A stretch of DNA of 64,000 bases from Dehalococcoidia bacterium. GTDB taxonomy: Bacteria; Chloroflexota; Dehalococcoidia; Bin125. A program made the translations under genes and the position numbers. Below are positions 48,661 to 56,306 of this stretch, one piece after another. Each line of letters opens with the position of its first letter. Position 1 is the stretch's first letter. The notes under the pieces are model-generated. The model was not told where the DNA came from and ran no database searches. It was given only the letters and a program-made list of their open reading frames with translations. The stretch is from contig OZ247431.1 of NCBI GenBank assembly GCA_965232875.1, positions 1,110,273 through 1,174,272 on the forward strand. The letters are read 5' to 3'.

Positions 48661-49518
48661 ATGACCAATCGAGCCAGCTTCGCCGACCTCGTCCGCTCCG
48701 GAGAACCGATCCTTGCTCCCGTCGCCCTTGACCCGCTCTCTGCGCGGCTGGTCGAATCGCTCGGCTTTGAGGCGGCTTACCTCTCCGGCGGCGGCTTCGG
48801 CTTCCAACTCTCCGTCTCCGAGGCGCTGCTCACGATCACCGAGGTTGCCAACCTCACTCGACAGATCACCGCTCGCTCCGACGTCCCGCTGATCGTAGAC
48901 GGCGGCGTTGGCTTCGGCGACCCGCTGCACACCTGGCGCGCCGTACGCGAGATTGAGGCGGCGGGCGCGGCGGCGATTGAGATCGAGGACCAGGTCGCGC
49001 CCAAGCGTGCGCACCACCACAAGGGTGTCGAGCACCTGGTGCCGATGGAGATGATGGTCGACAAGGTGCGCGAAGCCGTCGACGCGCGCCGCGATGAGGA
49101 CTTCATCATCATTGCCCGCACCGGTGCAGTCCGGAATGAGTCCTTCGAGCGAGCGCTAGAACGCTGCGCCGCCTATCGAGAGGCAGGCGCCGATGTGCTG
49201 ATGCTGTTTACAAGCGATGAAGCTCAGATCGCCGAAGCAGGCAGGGTCTTGGGCGGACCGCTGTCGATGATGGCTCCCGCCGACCGGCTTGATCGTGAGT
49301 CTCTGGCGAGTCACGGCTTCAACGTTCTGATCGACCCCTTCACCGGCCAAGTTGCCGCCTTTGGCGCGATGCGCGACGCCTACCGAAACATCGCCGAGGT
49401 CGGAGCCTCAGGCCGAGAGGTCGATGACCTGATGTCACTGTATCGCGAAGTTCAGGACATGGCCGGAATGGATGATCTCTACGCGATCGAAGAGCGCACG
49501 ACAGAACGCCCCAGCTAG
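48661..49518 (+). CDS. Isocitrate lyase/PEP mutase superfamily enzyme of uncertain specificity
   Basis: YLSGGG, DGGVGFG, IEDQVAPKRAHHH. The K(K/R)CGH catalytic-Cys loop is replaced by KRAHH. Start at the ATG 48661 with AAGGA upstream; the track GTG 48625 is possibly over-extended. Confidence 0.8.
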   Translation: MTNRASFADLVRSGEPILAPVALDPLSARLVESLGFEAAYLSGGGFGFQLSVSEALLTITEVANLTRQITARSDVPLIVDGGVGFGDPLHTWRAVREIEAAGAAAIEIEDQVAPKRAHHHKGVEHLVPMEMMVDKVREAVDARRDEDFIIIARTGAVRNESFERALERCAAYREAGADVLMLFTSDEAQIAEAGRVLGGPLSMMAPADRLDRESLASHGFNVLIDPFTGQVAAFGAMRDAYRNIAEVGASGREVDDLMSLYREVQDMAGMDDLYAIEERTTERPS

Positions 49519-49554
49519 AGCGCCAGGCCCCGCTTCAACGAAACCCTCGCAATC

Positions 49555-49665
49555 GTCCCCATTCCGTCATTGCCGCGCTCCAACGCGGCAATCTCGCTGC
49601 ATCCGGTACCGACGTTTGTGCTCGAATCAGCGAGATACCCGCGACAAGCGCGGGTATGACGGAGT
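49555..49665. repeat. Two adjacent CCGTCAT-type hairpin units (CCGTCATTGCCGCGCTCCAACGCGGCAATCTCG and CGAGATACCCGCGACAAGCGCGGGTATGACGG) 3' of the PEPM-family gene
   Basis: Shares the GTGCTCGAATCAGCGA-TACCCGCGACA-GCGCGGGTATGACG block with 41242-41297. Confidence 0.6.
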
Positions 49666-49717
49666 TGCCCGCGCGCACTTGTCTCTTTCCGAAGGTCTCT
49701 TTCACGCCTAGTGCGGA

Positions 49718-50146
49718 TCAGTCAGTCGTCCAGTGGCGCAGGATTGCTTCGGTTTCCTCGACGTGCGTGGATTCGTCGCGGATGAAGTCTTCCAGCGTGA
49801 TCTTGAGTCCAATGTCGCCGTATTCCTCGGCTTGTCGAGAACGCGTGACGTAGCGGCTGGCTGCGTCACGTTCCATCTCCAGGACGCACTCGAGCATCGC
49901 GCGATTGCCCTTGGGCAACGGAATCTCCGCCGGAGTCGTCGTCGGTTCTCCGCCCAGCGTCACGATCTTGTTAGCCAGGTAGGCCGCGTGGATCTGCTCG
50001 CCGTTGACTTCCGATGAGAAAAACGTCGAAAGCTGGGGTCGATGCGGTCCGTCAACGCGAGCTGCGTATGTGATGTAGGTGATGATCGCCGCCAGCTCGG
50101 AAGCCAGGTCCTCGTTCAATAGTCCGATCAACGTGTCCCGATCCAT
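49718..50146 (-). CDS. Ferritin-like (bacterioferritin/Dps-superfamily) protein
   Basis: 142 aa. Four-helix-bundle pattern LNEDLASELAAI..Y...A....E..HA..L...I..LGG.P. AGGAGA RBS. Confidence 0.6.
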   Translation of the reverse strand: MDRDTLIGLLNEDLASELAAIITYITYAARVDGPHRPQLSTFFSSEVNGEQIHAAYLANKIVTLGGEPTTTPAEIPLPKGNRAMLECVLEMERDAASRYVTRSRQAEEYGDIGLKITLEDFIRDESTHVEETEAILRHWTTD

Positions 50147-50259
50147 CGCCGCCTCGTCTCCTGTGGCCTCGCGCTGACATTGATGATGAAGAGCGCATGA
50201 GCGTGGCGCAACCTACTCCGACACTGGACATCGCCGCGCGCGTGCGACAGAGTGGACGC

Positions 50260-50847
50260 ATGCGCAACGCGACCGTCACTCGTGAAACTGGCGAGACATC
50301 AATCACGGTCAAGCTGAACCTCGACGGCTCCGGCAACGCACACGTGTCCACCGGAGTCGGCATGCTCGACCACATGCTGCACCAACTGGCGCGCCACGGT
50401 GGATTCGATCTGACCGTACAAGCATCAGGCGACCTATACGTTGACGCGCACCACACCTCTGAGGATGTCGCCATATCAGTCGGTCGAGCGCTCAACGAAG
50501 CGCTCGGCGACCGGGTTGGAATCGCACGCTTCGCCGACCGCACGGTCCCGCTGGACGAAGCGCTGATTCACGTCGCGCTCGACCTGAGCGGCCGACCCTA
50601 CGCAGCAATCGATCTGCACTTCCCCGCGCCAATGATCGGCGAACTGCCGTCCTCAATGGCCAAGCACATCCTCGAGACCATCGCCTACGAAGGCCGCCTC
50701 GCGCTGCACGTCAGGCAACTGGCCGGTGAGAACGAGCATCACATCATCGAAGCAACGTTCAAGTCGCTAGCCCGCTGCCTGCGGGACGCAGTGCGAATCG
50801 TCGACGGATCAGGCGCTCCGAGCACCAAGGGCACACTCAGTTCGTAG
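50260..50847 (+). CDS. hisB: Imidazoleglycerol-phosphate dehydratase
   Basis: MRNATVTRETGETSI...DAHHTSEDV IGPD motifs. Start moved to the internal ATG by alignment logic. Confidence 0.9.
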   Translation: MRNATVTRETGETSITVKLNLDGSGNAHVSTGVGMLDHMLHQLARHGGFDLTVQASGDLYVDAHHTSEDVAISVGRALNEALGDRVGIARFADRTVPLDEALIHVALDLSGRPYAAIDLHFPAPMIGELPSSMAKHILETIAYEGRLALHVRQLAGENEHHIIEATFKSLARCLRDAVRIVDGSGAPSTKGTLSS

Positions 50848-50860
50848 CCAAACGCAGCCG

Positions 50861-50978
50861 GCCCTCACCCCAGCCCTCTCCCAGAGGGAGAGGGAGTAGA
50901 GTCGATGGTTCCCCTCCGGGTCCCCTCTCCCTTCGGGTCCCCTCTCCCTTTGGGAGAGGGTTAGGGTGAGGGGTCTCC
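50861..50978. terminator. Palindromic element between convergent hisB and purS: candidate bidirectional terminator / REP-like repeat
   Basis: Outer GCCCTCACCC ... GGGTGAGGGG. Inner CCCTCTCCCAGAGGGAGAGGG hairpin. Tandem GGGTCCCCTCTCCCTT x2. Overlaps the last codons of purS. Confidence 0.5.
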
Positions 50979-51224
50979 CTCGACGACACTGACCGAATAT
51001 TGCTCAATCACCGGATTTGCCAGCAACTGATCCGACATCTCCTTCGCCTGACGCTCAGCCTCGCTGGCCGACTCCGCCTCAATCCAGACCTCGATGAACT
51101 TGCCGGCGCGTACAGCCTCGACACTCTCGTAGCCGAGCGAGTGCAGGCCTCCGCGAATCGCCAGACCCTGGGGATCGTTGACTGTTCGTTTCAGCGTGAC
51201 GTGAATCTCGGCCTTGAACTGCAT
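50961..51224 (-). CDS. purS: Phosphoribosylformylglycinamidine synthase subunit PurS
   Basis: 87 aa, PurS family. Confidence 0.9.
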   Translation of the reverse strand: MQFKAEIHVTLKRTVNDPQGLAIRGGLHSLGYESVEAVRAGKFIEVWIEAESASEAERQAKEMSDQLLANPVIEQYSVSVVEGDPSP

Positions 51225-51229
51225 CTCAG

Positions 51230-52141
51230 CTAACCGGCCGTGATCAGTTCGCGGCCGGTCACACGCTCGAAGGCCGTGCGATAGCGCCCGCTGATGTTTT
51301 CGACCACGTCATCGGGCAGCGGCGGGCCGGGCGGTTCTTTGTCCCAGCCCGTCGACGTGAGCCAGTCACGCAGCGGCTGCTTGTCGTACGACGGCTGCGA
51401 CTGACCCGGCTTGTAAATCTCGGCATCCCAGAATCGGGAAGAATCGGGCGTCAGCGCCTCGTCGATCAGGATCACCTCGTCCTCGCCCTGCTCGTTCTGG
51501 ACGACGCCAAACTCGAACTTGGTGTCGGCGAGGAAGAATCCCGCCTCGTGCGCCCGTGACAGGCCGTAGGTGTAGAGCGCCATCGAACGGACCTTGACCG
51601 TGTTGGCGACGTCTTCGCCCACGATTCCCACTGCCTGCTCGTAGGTGATGTTTTCGTCGTGTTCGCCAATCTCGGCCTTGGTCGAGGGCGTGAAGATCGG
51701 ATTGGGCAGCGGCTCCGACTCCGTCAGGCCGGCCGGCAGCGGAATTCCGCAGACAGTGGAACTGCGCTGATACTCGGCCCAGCCCGAACCGGCCAGGTAG
51801 CCGCGCACGATCGCCTCAAGGTTGACCGGCTGCGCCTTCTTGACCAGCATCGAGCGACCGATATATTCCGGTCCAAGCGCAACCGGAATGTCGGGGTTGT
51901 CGGTCGAGTCAATCACGCGGATCATGTGGTTGGGCACCACAGATTCCGTCGCGTCAAACCAGAATGCCGACATCTGCGTCAACACGCAGCCCTTGTCGGG
52001 AATCGCCGTCGGCAGGACCACATCAAACGCCGAGACGCGATCGGTCGTGACCAGCAACAGCCGGTCGTTGAGGTCATAGATGTCCCGAACCTTGCCCGAG
52101 TGCTTGGGAAGGTCAAGGTTGGATTCGATCATCACACTCAT
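51230..52141 (-). CDS. purC: SAICAR synthetase
   Basis: Start MSVMIESN with GAGGAG RBS. PurC family similarity throughout. The track ORF 51230..53038 is a 5' over-extension through a Pro/Arg-rich frame. Confidence 0.9.
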   Translation of the reverse strand: MSVMIESNLDLPKHSGKVRDIYDLNDRLLLVTTDRVSAFDVVLPTAIPDKGCVLTQMSAFWFDATESVVPNHMIRVIDSTDNPDIPVALGPEYIGRSMLVKKAQPVNLEAIVRGYLAGSGWAEYQRSSTVCGIPLPAGLTESEPLPNPIFTPSTKAEIGEHDENITYEQAVGIVGEDVANTVKVRSMALYTYGLSRAHEAGFFLADTKFEFGVVQNEQGEDEVILIDEALTPDSSRFWDAEIYKPGQSQPSYDKQPLRDWLTSTGWDKEPPGPPLPDDVVENISGRYRTAFERVTGRELITAG

Positions 52142-52191
52142 CGCAAACTCCTCTGCGTTGAGCATATAGGTGAGACTGGTTCGAGCACTGT

Positions 52192-53850
52192 TCAATCTGG
52201 TCTCCAGCGGGCGTCTTGGCCTCTGGGTTTGGCGACGATCTGGAGGCGCCCGGTTGACCTGGTGGGTGTGGGGACTTGTTGGAGGAGTTCGTGCATGTAG
52301 CGGTCGGCGTCGAGGAGGTCGTCGTTCCGTTTGCGGGGTTTGGGATCGGGATCGTCGCCGGTTTGCCAGACGTACTCTTGCATGCGCTTGGGGAAACAGG
52401 TGAGGTTCTCGGTGTAGAACGATGCGGGCGGGTCGGCGGCGAGCGGTTCGTGGACGAGGTTGACGCCGTAGAGCACGGAGCCGGGGTTGCCGGCGGCGGG
52501 GACGACGTGGATGCCCTGTCGTCGTTGGTGGTCGATCCAGGCGGATTGGGAGCGGTCGGCGGCCCAGCGGATGGGACCGAACTTGCGCTGGCATTGACGC
52601 TGCCATTGTTCGAGTCGCTGGATGACGCCGGGGCCTCGGTCTTCGAACTCGGCGAGTCGGATCAGGGTGAAAGGGTGTTGGGAGGAGGTGGGAGGTGTGC
52701 TGCGGCTGGGGGACGGCTGGCGGGTGGTGTCGTTGATGGGCTTGGGCGGTTCGTGATTCCTGCCTGCGCAGGAATGACGGAGGGGGGAGACCCCCCCCCC
52801 TCTGCCTGCGGCATCTCCCCCCGCAAGGGGGGGAGAGAGGAATGGGGGGTGGGTGAGGCCTGCGATGATGCCGGCGGTGTGGTGGGCGGTGTCGGTTTGG
52901 CCGCCGAAGTCGAGGCCGCCGATGATGTGGGTGAACGGTGGGAGGGGGCCTGACCAGCAGTGGCGGTCGGGGTCGAAGTCGGGGTAGACGCGGCCCATGA
53001 GGGCGTTCCAGCGGCCGTCGATGAAGCGGTCGCGCCATTGTGGGGGCAGGAGGGCGTGGTTGAGCTGGGCGTAGTTGTCGGGCAGGTGGGGGTTGTCGGC
53101 GATTTTGGCGGGGATGAAGGCGACCTGTCCGCTGGCTTCGTGGAGGGCGTCTTCGGGTAGTTCACGGTGCAGGAACCAGCGCTGGAACCAGCCGGGCCAG
53201 GGGTTGGAGGCGGCGACGAACCAGCGCTGCGGCTGGGCCGGGTGGCGCAGGCGGGTGAGCAGCATCAGGGCGGCGTCCTCGTCGACCTGACCGGCTTCGT
53301 CGATCAGGACGGCGCCGTACTGCTGGGAGCCGAGGCCCTGCCAGTCGGAGAGGTGGCGGAAGTTGACGGTTGAGTGTTGGTCGCGGGGCCAGCCGGGTAG
53401 CCGCAGCTGGACGAGCGAGGTCGGGGCCTGCTGGCGTCGCTGGATCAGTTCGGGCGGGCAGACCTGGAAGAACTCTTTCATGGTGGTGGAGGAGAGGTCG
53501 GAGAGGTGGTGTCGGGCGACGAGGATGTTGTCGCCGGGGTGCATGAGCGCGGCGTCGATGGCGAGTTCGGCGATGGCGCGGGTTTTGCCCCCGCCCATGG
53601 CGCCGCCGTAACCGAGCAGGGTGAGGCCGGGATCCGGAGCATCGATCAGCGCTTCGTACAGCTCGTGCTGCCGCTCCGTCGGTCGAAAACTCCGACCTGC
53701 GCGCAAATCCGCCAGCCGCCTCAACGTTCGTCTCCGCATAGTCACTGCTCGCATCGCATCAGATCCTCTCTCGCCACGGCGAACGCCCGTCGCTTCGTTC
53801 AGATCAGCAACAGTACATATGAGCGGATACCCTTCGCCACTCCTCCTCAC
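52192..53850 (-). CDS. Phage terminase large subunit-like protein (ATPase plus RNase-H-like nuclease) with an in-frame repeat-element insertion
   Basis: Walker A GYGGAMGGGKT. Walker B AVLIDEAGQV. Nuclease motifs HIIGGLDFGG and RKRNDDLLDADRYMHE. Residues ~335-395 (PFLSPPLAGGDAAGRGGGVSPLRHSCAGRNHEPPKPINDTTRQPSPSRS) are encoded by repeat DNA at 52752-52850. Confidence 0.75.
   Translation of the reverse strand: MRRSGEGYPLICTVADLNEATGVRRGERGSDAMRAVTMRRRTLRRLADLRAGRSFRPTERQHELYEALIDAPDPGLTLLGYGGAMGGGKTRAIAELAIDAALMHPGDNILVARHHLSDLSSTTMKEFFQVCPPELIQRRQQAPTSLVQLRLPGWPRDQHSTVNFRHLSDWQGLGSQQYGAVLIDEAGQVDEDAALMLLTRLRHPAQPQRWFVAASNPWPGWFQRWFLHRELPEDALHEASGQVAFIPAKIADNPHLPDNYAQLNHALLPPQWRDRFIDGRWNALMGRVYPDFDPDRHCWSGPLPPFTHIIGGLDFGGQTDTAHHTAGIIAGLTHPPFLSPPLAGGDAAGRGGGVSPLRHSCAGRNHEPPKPINDTTRQPSPSRSTPPTSSQHPFTLIRLAEFEDRGPGVIQRLEQWQRQCQRKFGPIRWAADRSQSAWIDHQRRQGIHVVPAAGNPGSVLYGVNLVHEPLAADPPASFYTENLTCFPKRMQEYVWQTGDDPDPKPRKRNDDLLDADRYMHELLQQVPTPTRSTGRLQIVAKPRGQDARWRPD
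52752..52850. repeat. Chimeric repeat inside the terminase ORF: CGTGATTCCTGCCTGCGCAGGAATGACGG hairpin unit fused to the right half of the ~200-bp palindromic element (GCCTGCGGCATCTCCCCCCGCAAGGGGGGGAGAG); includes C10 and G7 homopolymers
   Basis: Direct comparison with 4868-5082 and 2184-2346. Confidence 0.7.
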
Positions 53851-53948
53851 CCCCCATCATGCGGACCTCCGTCAACTCAGCTACTGAAAAAGAATATGTG
53901 TTCGCATACAGTCAACCTCAGAGACGCGACCACCGAACGGATCAACCC

Positions 53949-54398
53949 ATGACCATCCCGCAAACCGCCCCTCAACCCATCCATCAGGCCTCCCCGCAGG
54001 CCCCACCTCAGGCCTCCCCGCAGGCCATACCTCAGGCCTCCCCGCAGGCCTCCCCGCAGGCCATCCATCAGCGCTATTGGCAGATCGCCAACAACCCCGA
54101 GGAACGTGGCTACGTCCAGGTCCGCGCTCTCGATTCCCTCGCCCGGCTCCTCGACCTCTTCCCCCGTCCCGCCCACCCCGGCTTCTTCGCCTGCGACCCC
54201 GAACCCCCGCCTCCCGCGATCCCGAACGGCCCCTACGCGGTCGCCAGCATGAGCGACGAAGACCTCGATGCCCTGATCGACAGAGAAGAAGCCGCCGCCA
54301 ACACCCAGGCCGACAAAGAAGCGGAAGCCAACACTGAATCCGAGCCCGATGACGAAGACGAGGAAGGATCCGGCCGGGATGAGGACGAACCTCCCTAA
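53949..54398 (+). CDS. Hypothetical protein with (A/I)(S/P)PQA tandem repeats and an acidic C-terminal tail
   Basis: ORF divergent from the terminase gene. Start chosen at MTIPQTAPQ; the track gives 53859. The repeat is encoded by ~24-bp tandem units at 53975-54069. C-terminus EPDDEDEEGSGRDEDEPP. Coding status uncertain. Confidence 0.4.
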   Translation: MTIPQTAPQPIHQASPQAPPQASPQAIPQASPQASPQAIHQRYWQIANNPEERGYVQVRALDSLARLLDLFPRPAHPGFFACDPEPPPPAIPNGPYAVASMSDEDLDALIDREEAAANTQADKEAEANTESEPDDEDEEGSGRDEDEPP

Positions 54399-54583
54399 TA
54401 CCCCAGCGGCGCCCGTTTTTTTCGTGCGAGCATTCCCAATCCCCGACCAGCGCGGGGACCGGCCCCGCACACCCGCAACCAGCCCCCAAACCCAGACAGG
54501 GGCCGGATCCCCCTGCAAGAGAGGGGAAGCCATTGTGGCTGGGCTTGGGTGGGACGCCTGACAAGTGTCGCTGCGGCTGTCGG

Positions 54584-54612
54584 TTGGCTGGTTCGTGATT
54601 CCTGCCTGCGCA
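54584..54612. repeat. Hairpin repeat unit CGTGATTCCTGCCTGCGCAGGAATGACGG (same as 52752-52780) 3' of purB
   Basis: Exact 29-bp match to the copy inside the terminase gene. Confidence 0.7.
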
Positions 54613-54653
54613 GGAATGACGGAGTGGGGGGATCGCGGGTGGTAGGGCTCTTG

Positions 54654-55946
54654 TTAGAGACCGAGCCTTGCGAAGGATTCGGTTACGTAGCGGGTGTAGT
54701 AGCGCGGATCGAAGACGGCGTCCATCGCTTCTTCGTCGAGCGCTCCGGTGATCACTTCGTCCTTTGAAATCAGGTCGCGGAACTGGATGCCTTCGTCCCA
54801 GGCTTGCATTGCGTAGGACTGGACTCGCTTGTAGGCGTCGTCGCGACGGACTCCCGCCTCGGTCAGAGCGAGCAGGACTCGCTGGCTGTAGATGAGGCCG
54901 TAGGACGACTCCATGTTCTTCTGCATACGATCGGCATCGATCACGAGGCCGTCGATGATCCAGGCCGACATGTCGGTGATGTAGTCGAGCGCGAAGCAGG
55001 CGTCAGGAATCGCGATCCGCTCGGCCGAGGTGTGTGAGATGTCCCGCTCATGCCAGAGCGCGACATTCTCGAACGCGGTCATCGCGTTGGCTCGGATAGT
55101 TCGCGCCAGACCGCAGACGCGTTCAGCTTTCTCCGGATTGCGCTTGTGCGGCATCGCCGATGAACCGGCCTGACCCTCGGCGAATGGTTCGCGCACCTCT
55201 CGCACTTCGGTCCGTTGCAAGTGCCGGATTTCGGTCGCAAAGCGCTCGAGCGAGGCGGCAATCACGGCCAACGTCGAGAGGAATTGCGCATGCCGGTCGC
55301 GCTGGACCACCTGCGTAGAAATGGCTTCCACGCCGAGCCCGAGCTCGCGGCAGACTCGTTCCTCGATGTGCGGCGGCACCGTCGCGTGCGTGCCCACGGC
55401 GCCGGAGATCTTGCCGACCGCGATCGCCTCGATCGCGTCGGCGAGGCGGTGCCGATTGCGACGCGTCTCATCGACCCATCCGGCCAGCTTGAGACCAAAC
55501 GTCGTTGGTTCGCCGTGGATGCCGTGCGAGCGGCCGATGCAGAGTGTGTACTTGTGCTCGACGGCGCGCCTTGTGATCGAGGCCTCGAGCCGTTCCAGAT
55601 CGTCTTCGATGATTCGCGCTGCGTCGCGAATCTGCAGCGCCAGCGCGGTGTCCCAGACGTCGTTGGTTGTGAGGCCGTGATGCACCCAGCGCGACTCCGG
55701 TCCGAGCGTGTCGGAGACCGAACGCAGAAACGCCAACGTGTCGTGATGCACCTCGATCTGGTAGCGGTCGATGTCGGCGACGTTGTAGCTGGCGTTGGCT
55801 GCAATCAGTTCGGCGTCCTCTCGCGGGACGACGCCTTCGTCGGCCCAGGCGTTGGTCACGGCGATTTCGACATCGAGCCAGCGCCGCCACTTGGCGTCAT
55901 CCGTCCAGAGCGCGGCCATTTCCGCGCGTTGGTAGCGGGGGATCAT
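54654..55946 (-). CDS. purB: Adenylosuccinate lyase
   Basis: MIPRYQRAEMAALWTDDAKW...; fumarate-lyase family; 430 aa. Confidence 0.9.
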   Translation of the reverse strand: MIPRYQRAEMAALWTDDAKWRRWLDVEIAVTNAWADEGVVPREDAELIAANASYNVADIDRYQIEVHHDTLAFLRSVSDTLGPESRWVHHGLTTNDVWDTALALQIRDAARIIEDDLERLEASITRRAVEHKYTLCIGRSHGIHGEPTTFGLKLAGWVDETRRNRHRLADAIEAIAVGKISGAVGTHATVPPHIEERVCRELGLGVEAISTQVVQRDRHAQFLSTLAVIAASLERFATEIRHLQRTEVREVREPFAEGQAGSSAMPHKRNPEKAERVCGLARTIRANAMTAFENVALWHERDISHTSAERIAIPDACFALDYITDMSAWIIDGLVIDADRMQKNMESSYGLIYSQRVLLALTEAGVRRDDAYKRVQSYAMQAWDEGIQFRDLISKDEVITGALDEEAMDAVFDPRYYTRYVTESFARLGL

Positions 55947-56293
55947 TAGGGGATGTACTCCTCGCGAGCCGGAGCAAAGATGTCGATCGCGACGGCGTCT
56001 TCGAGCGCGGTCACTTCATGCGGAATCTCCGAGGGAATGACCCAGGAGTCGCCGGCGCTCAGTTCCTTGGTCTCGTCGCCGAGCTCGAACTTGACCCGGC
56101 CTTTGGCCAGGTAACCGATCTGCTCGTGTGGATGCGTGTGCATCGGCACAACGCAACCTGCGGCGATCTCAATCTCGTGGATCGAGGTGTGTTCGCCGGC
56201 GTTCAGCGTGCGTCGTGCGACGCCGGGAAACATCTCGATGCGTAGAGCCTCGTCGTGCGCTTGCAAGTTTGGCTTGATCGTGCGAGTGGTCAT
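55946..56293 (-). CDS. Cupin-domain protein
   Basis: HTHPHEQIGYLAKG cupin motif. Confidence 0.75.
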   Translation of the reverse strand: MTTRTIKPNLQAHDEALRIEMFPGVARRTLNAGEHTSIHEIEIAAGCVVPMHTHPHEQIGYLAKGRVKFELGDETKELSAGDSWVIPSEIPHEVTALEDAVAIDIFAPAREEYIP

Positions 56294-56306
56294 GTCTGCA
56301 CCTCTC

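Noticed and set aside
52790-52850. Possibility that the terminase ORF is a frameshifted pseudogene
   Set aside because: The frame is uninterrupted for 552 codons with catalytic motifs on both sides of the repeat insertion. Kept as an intact CDS, with the homopolymer caveat noted in the findings.
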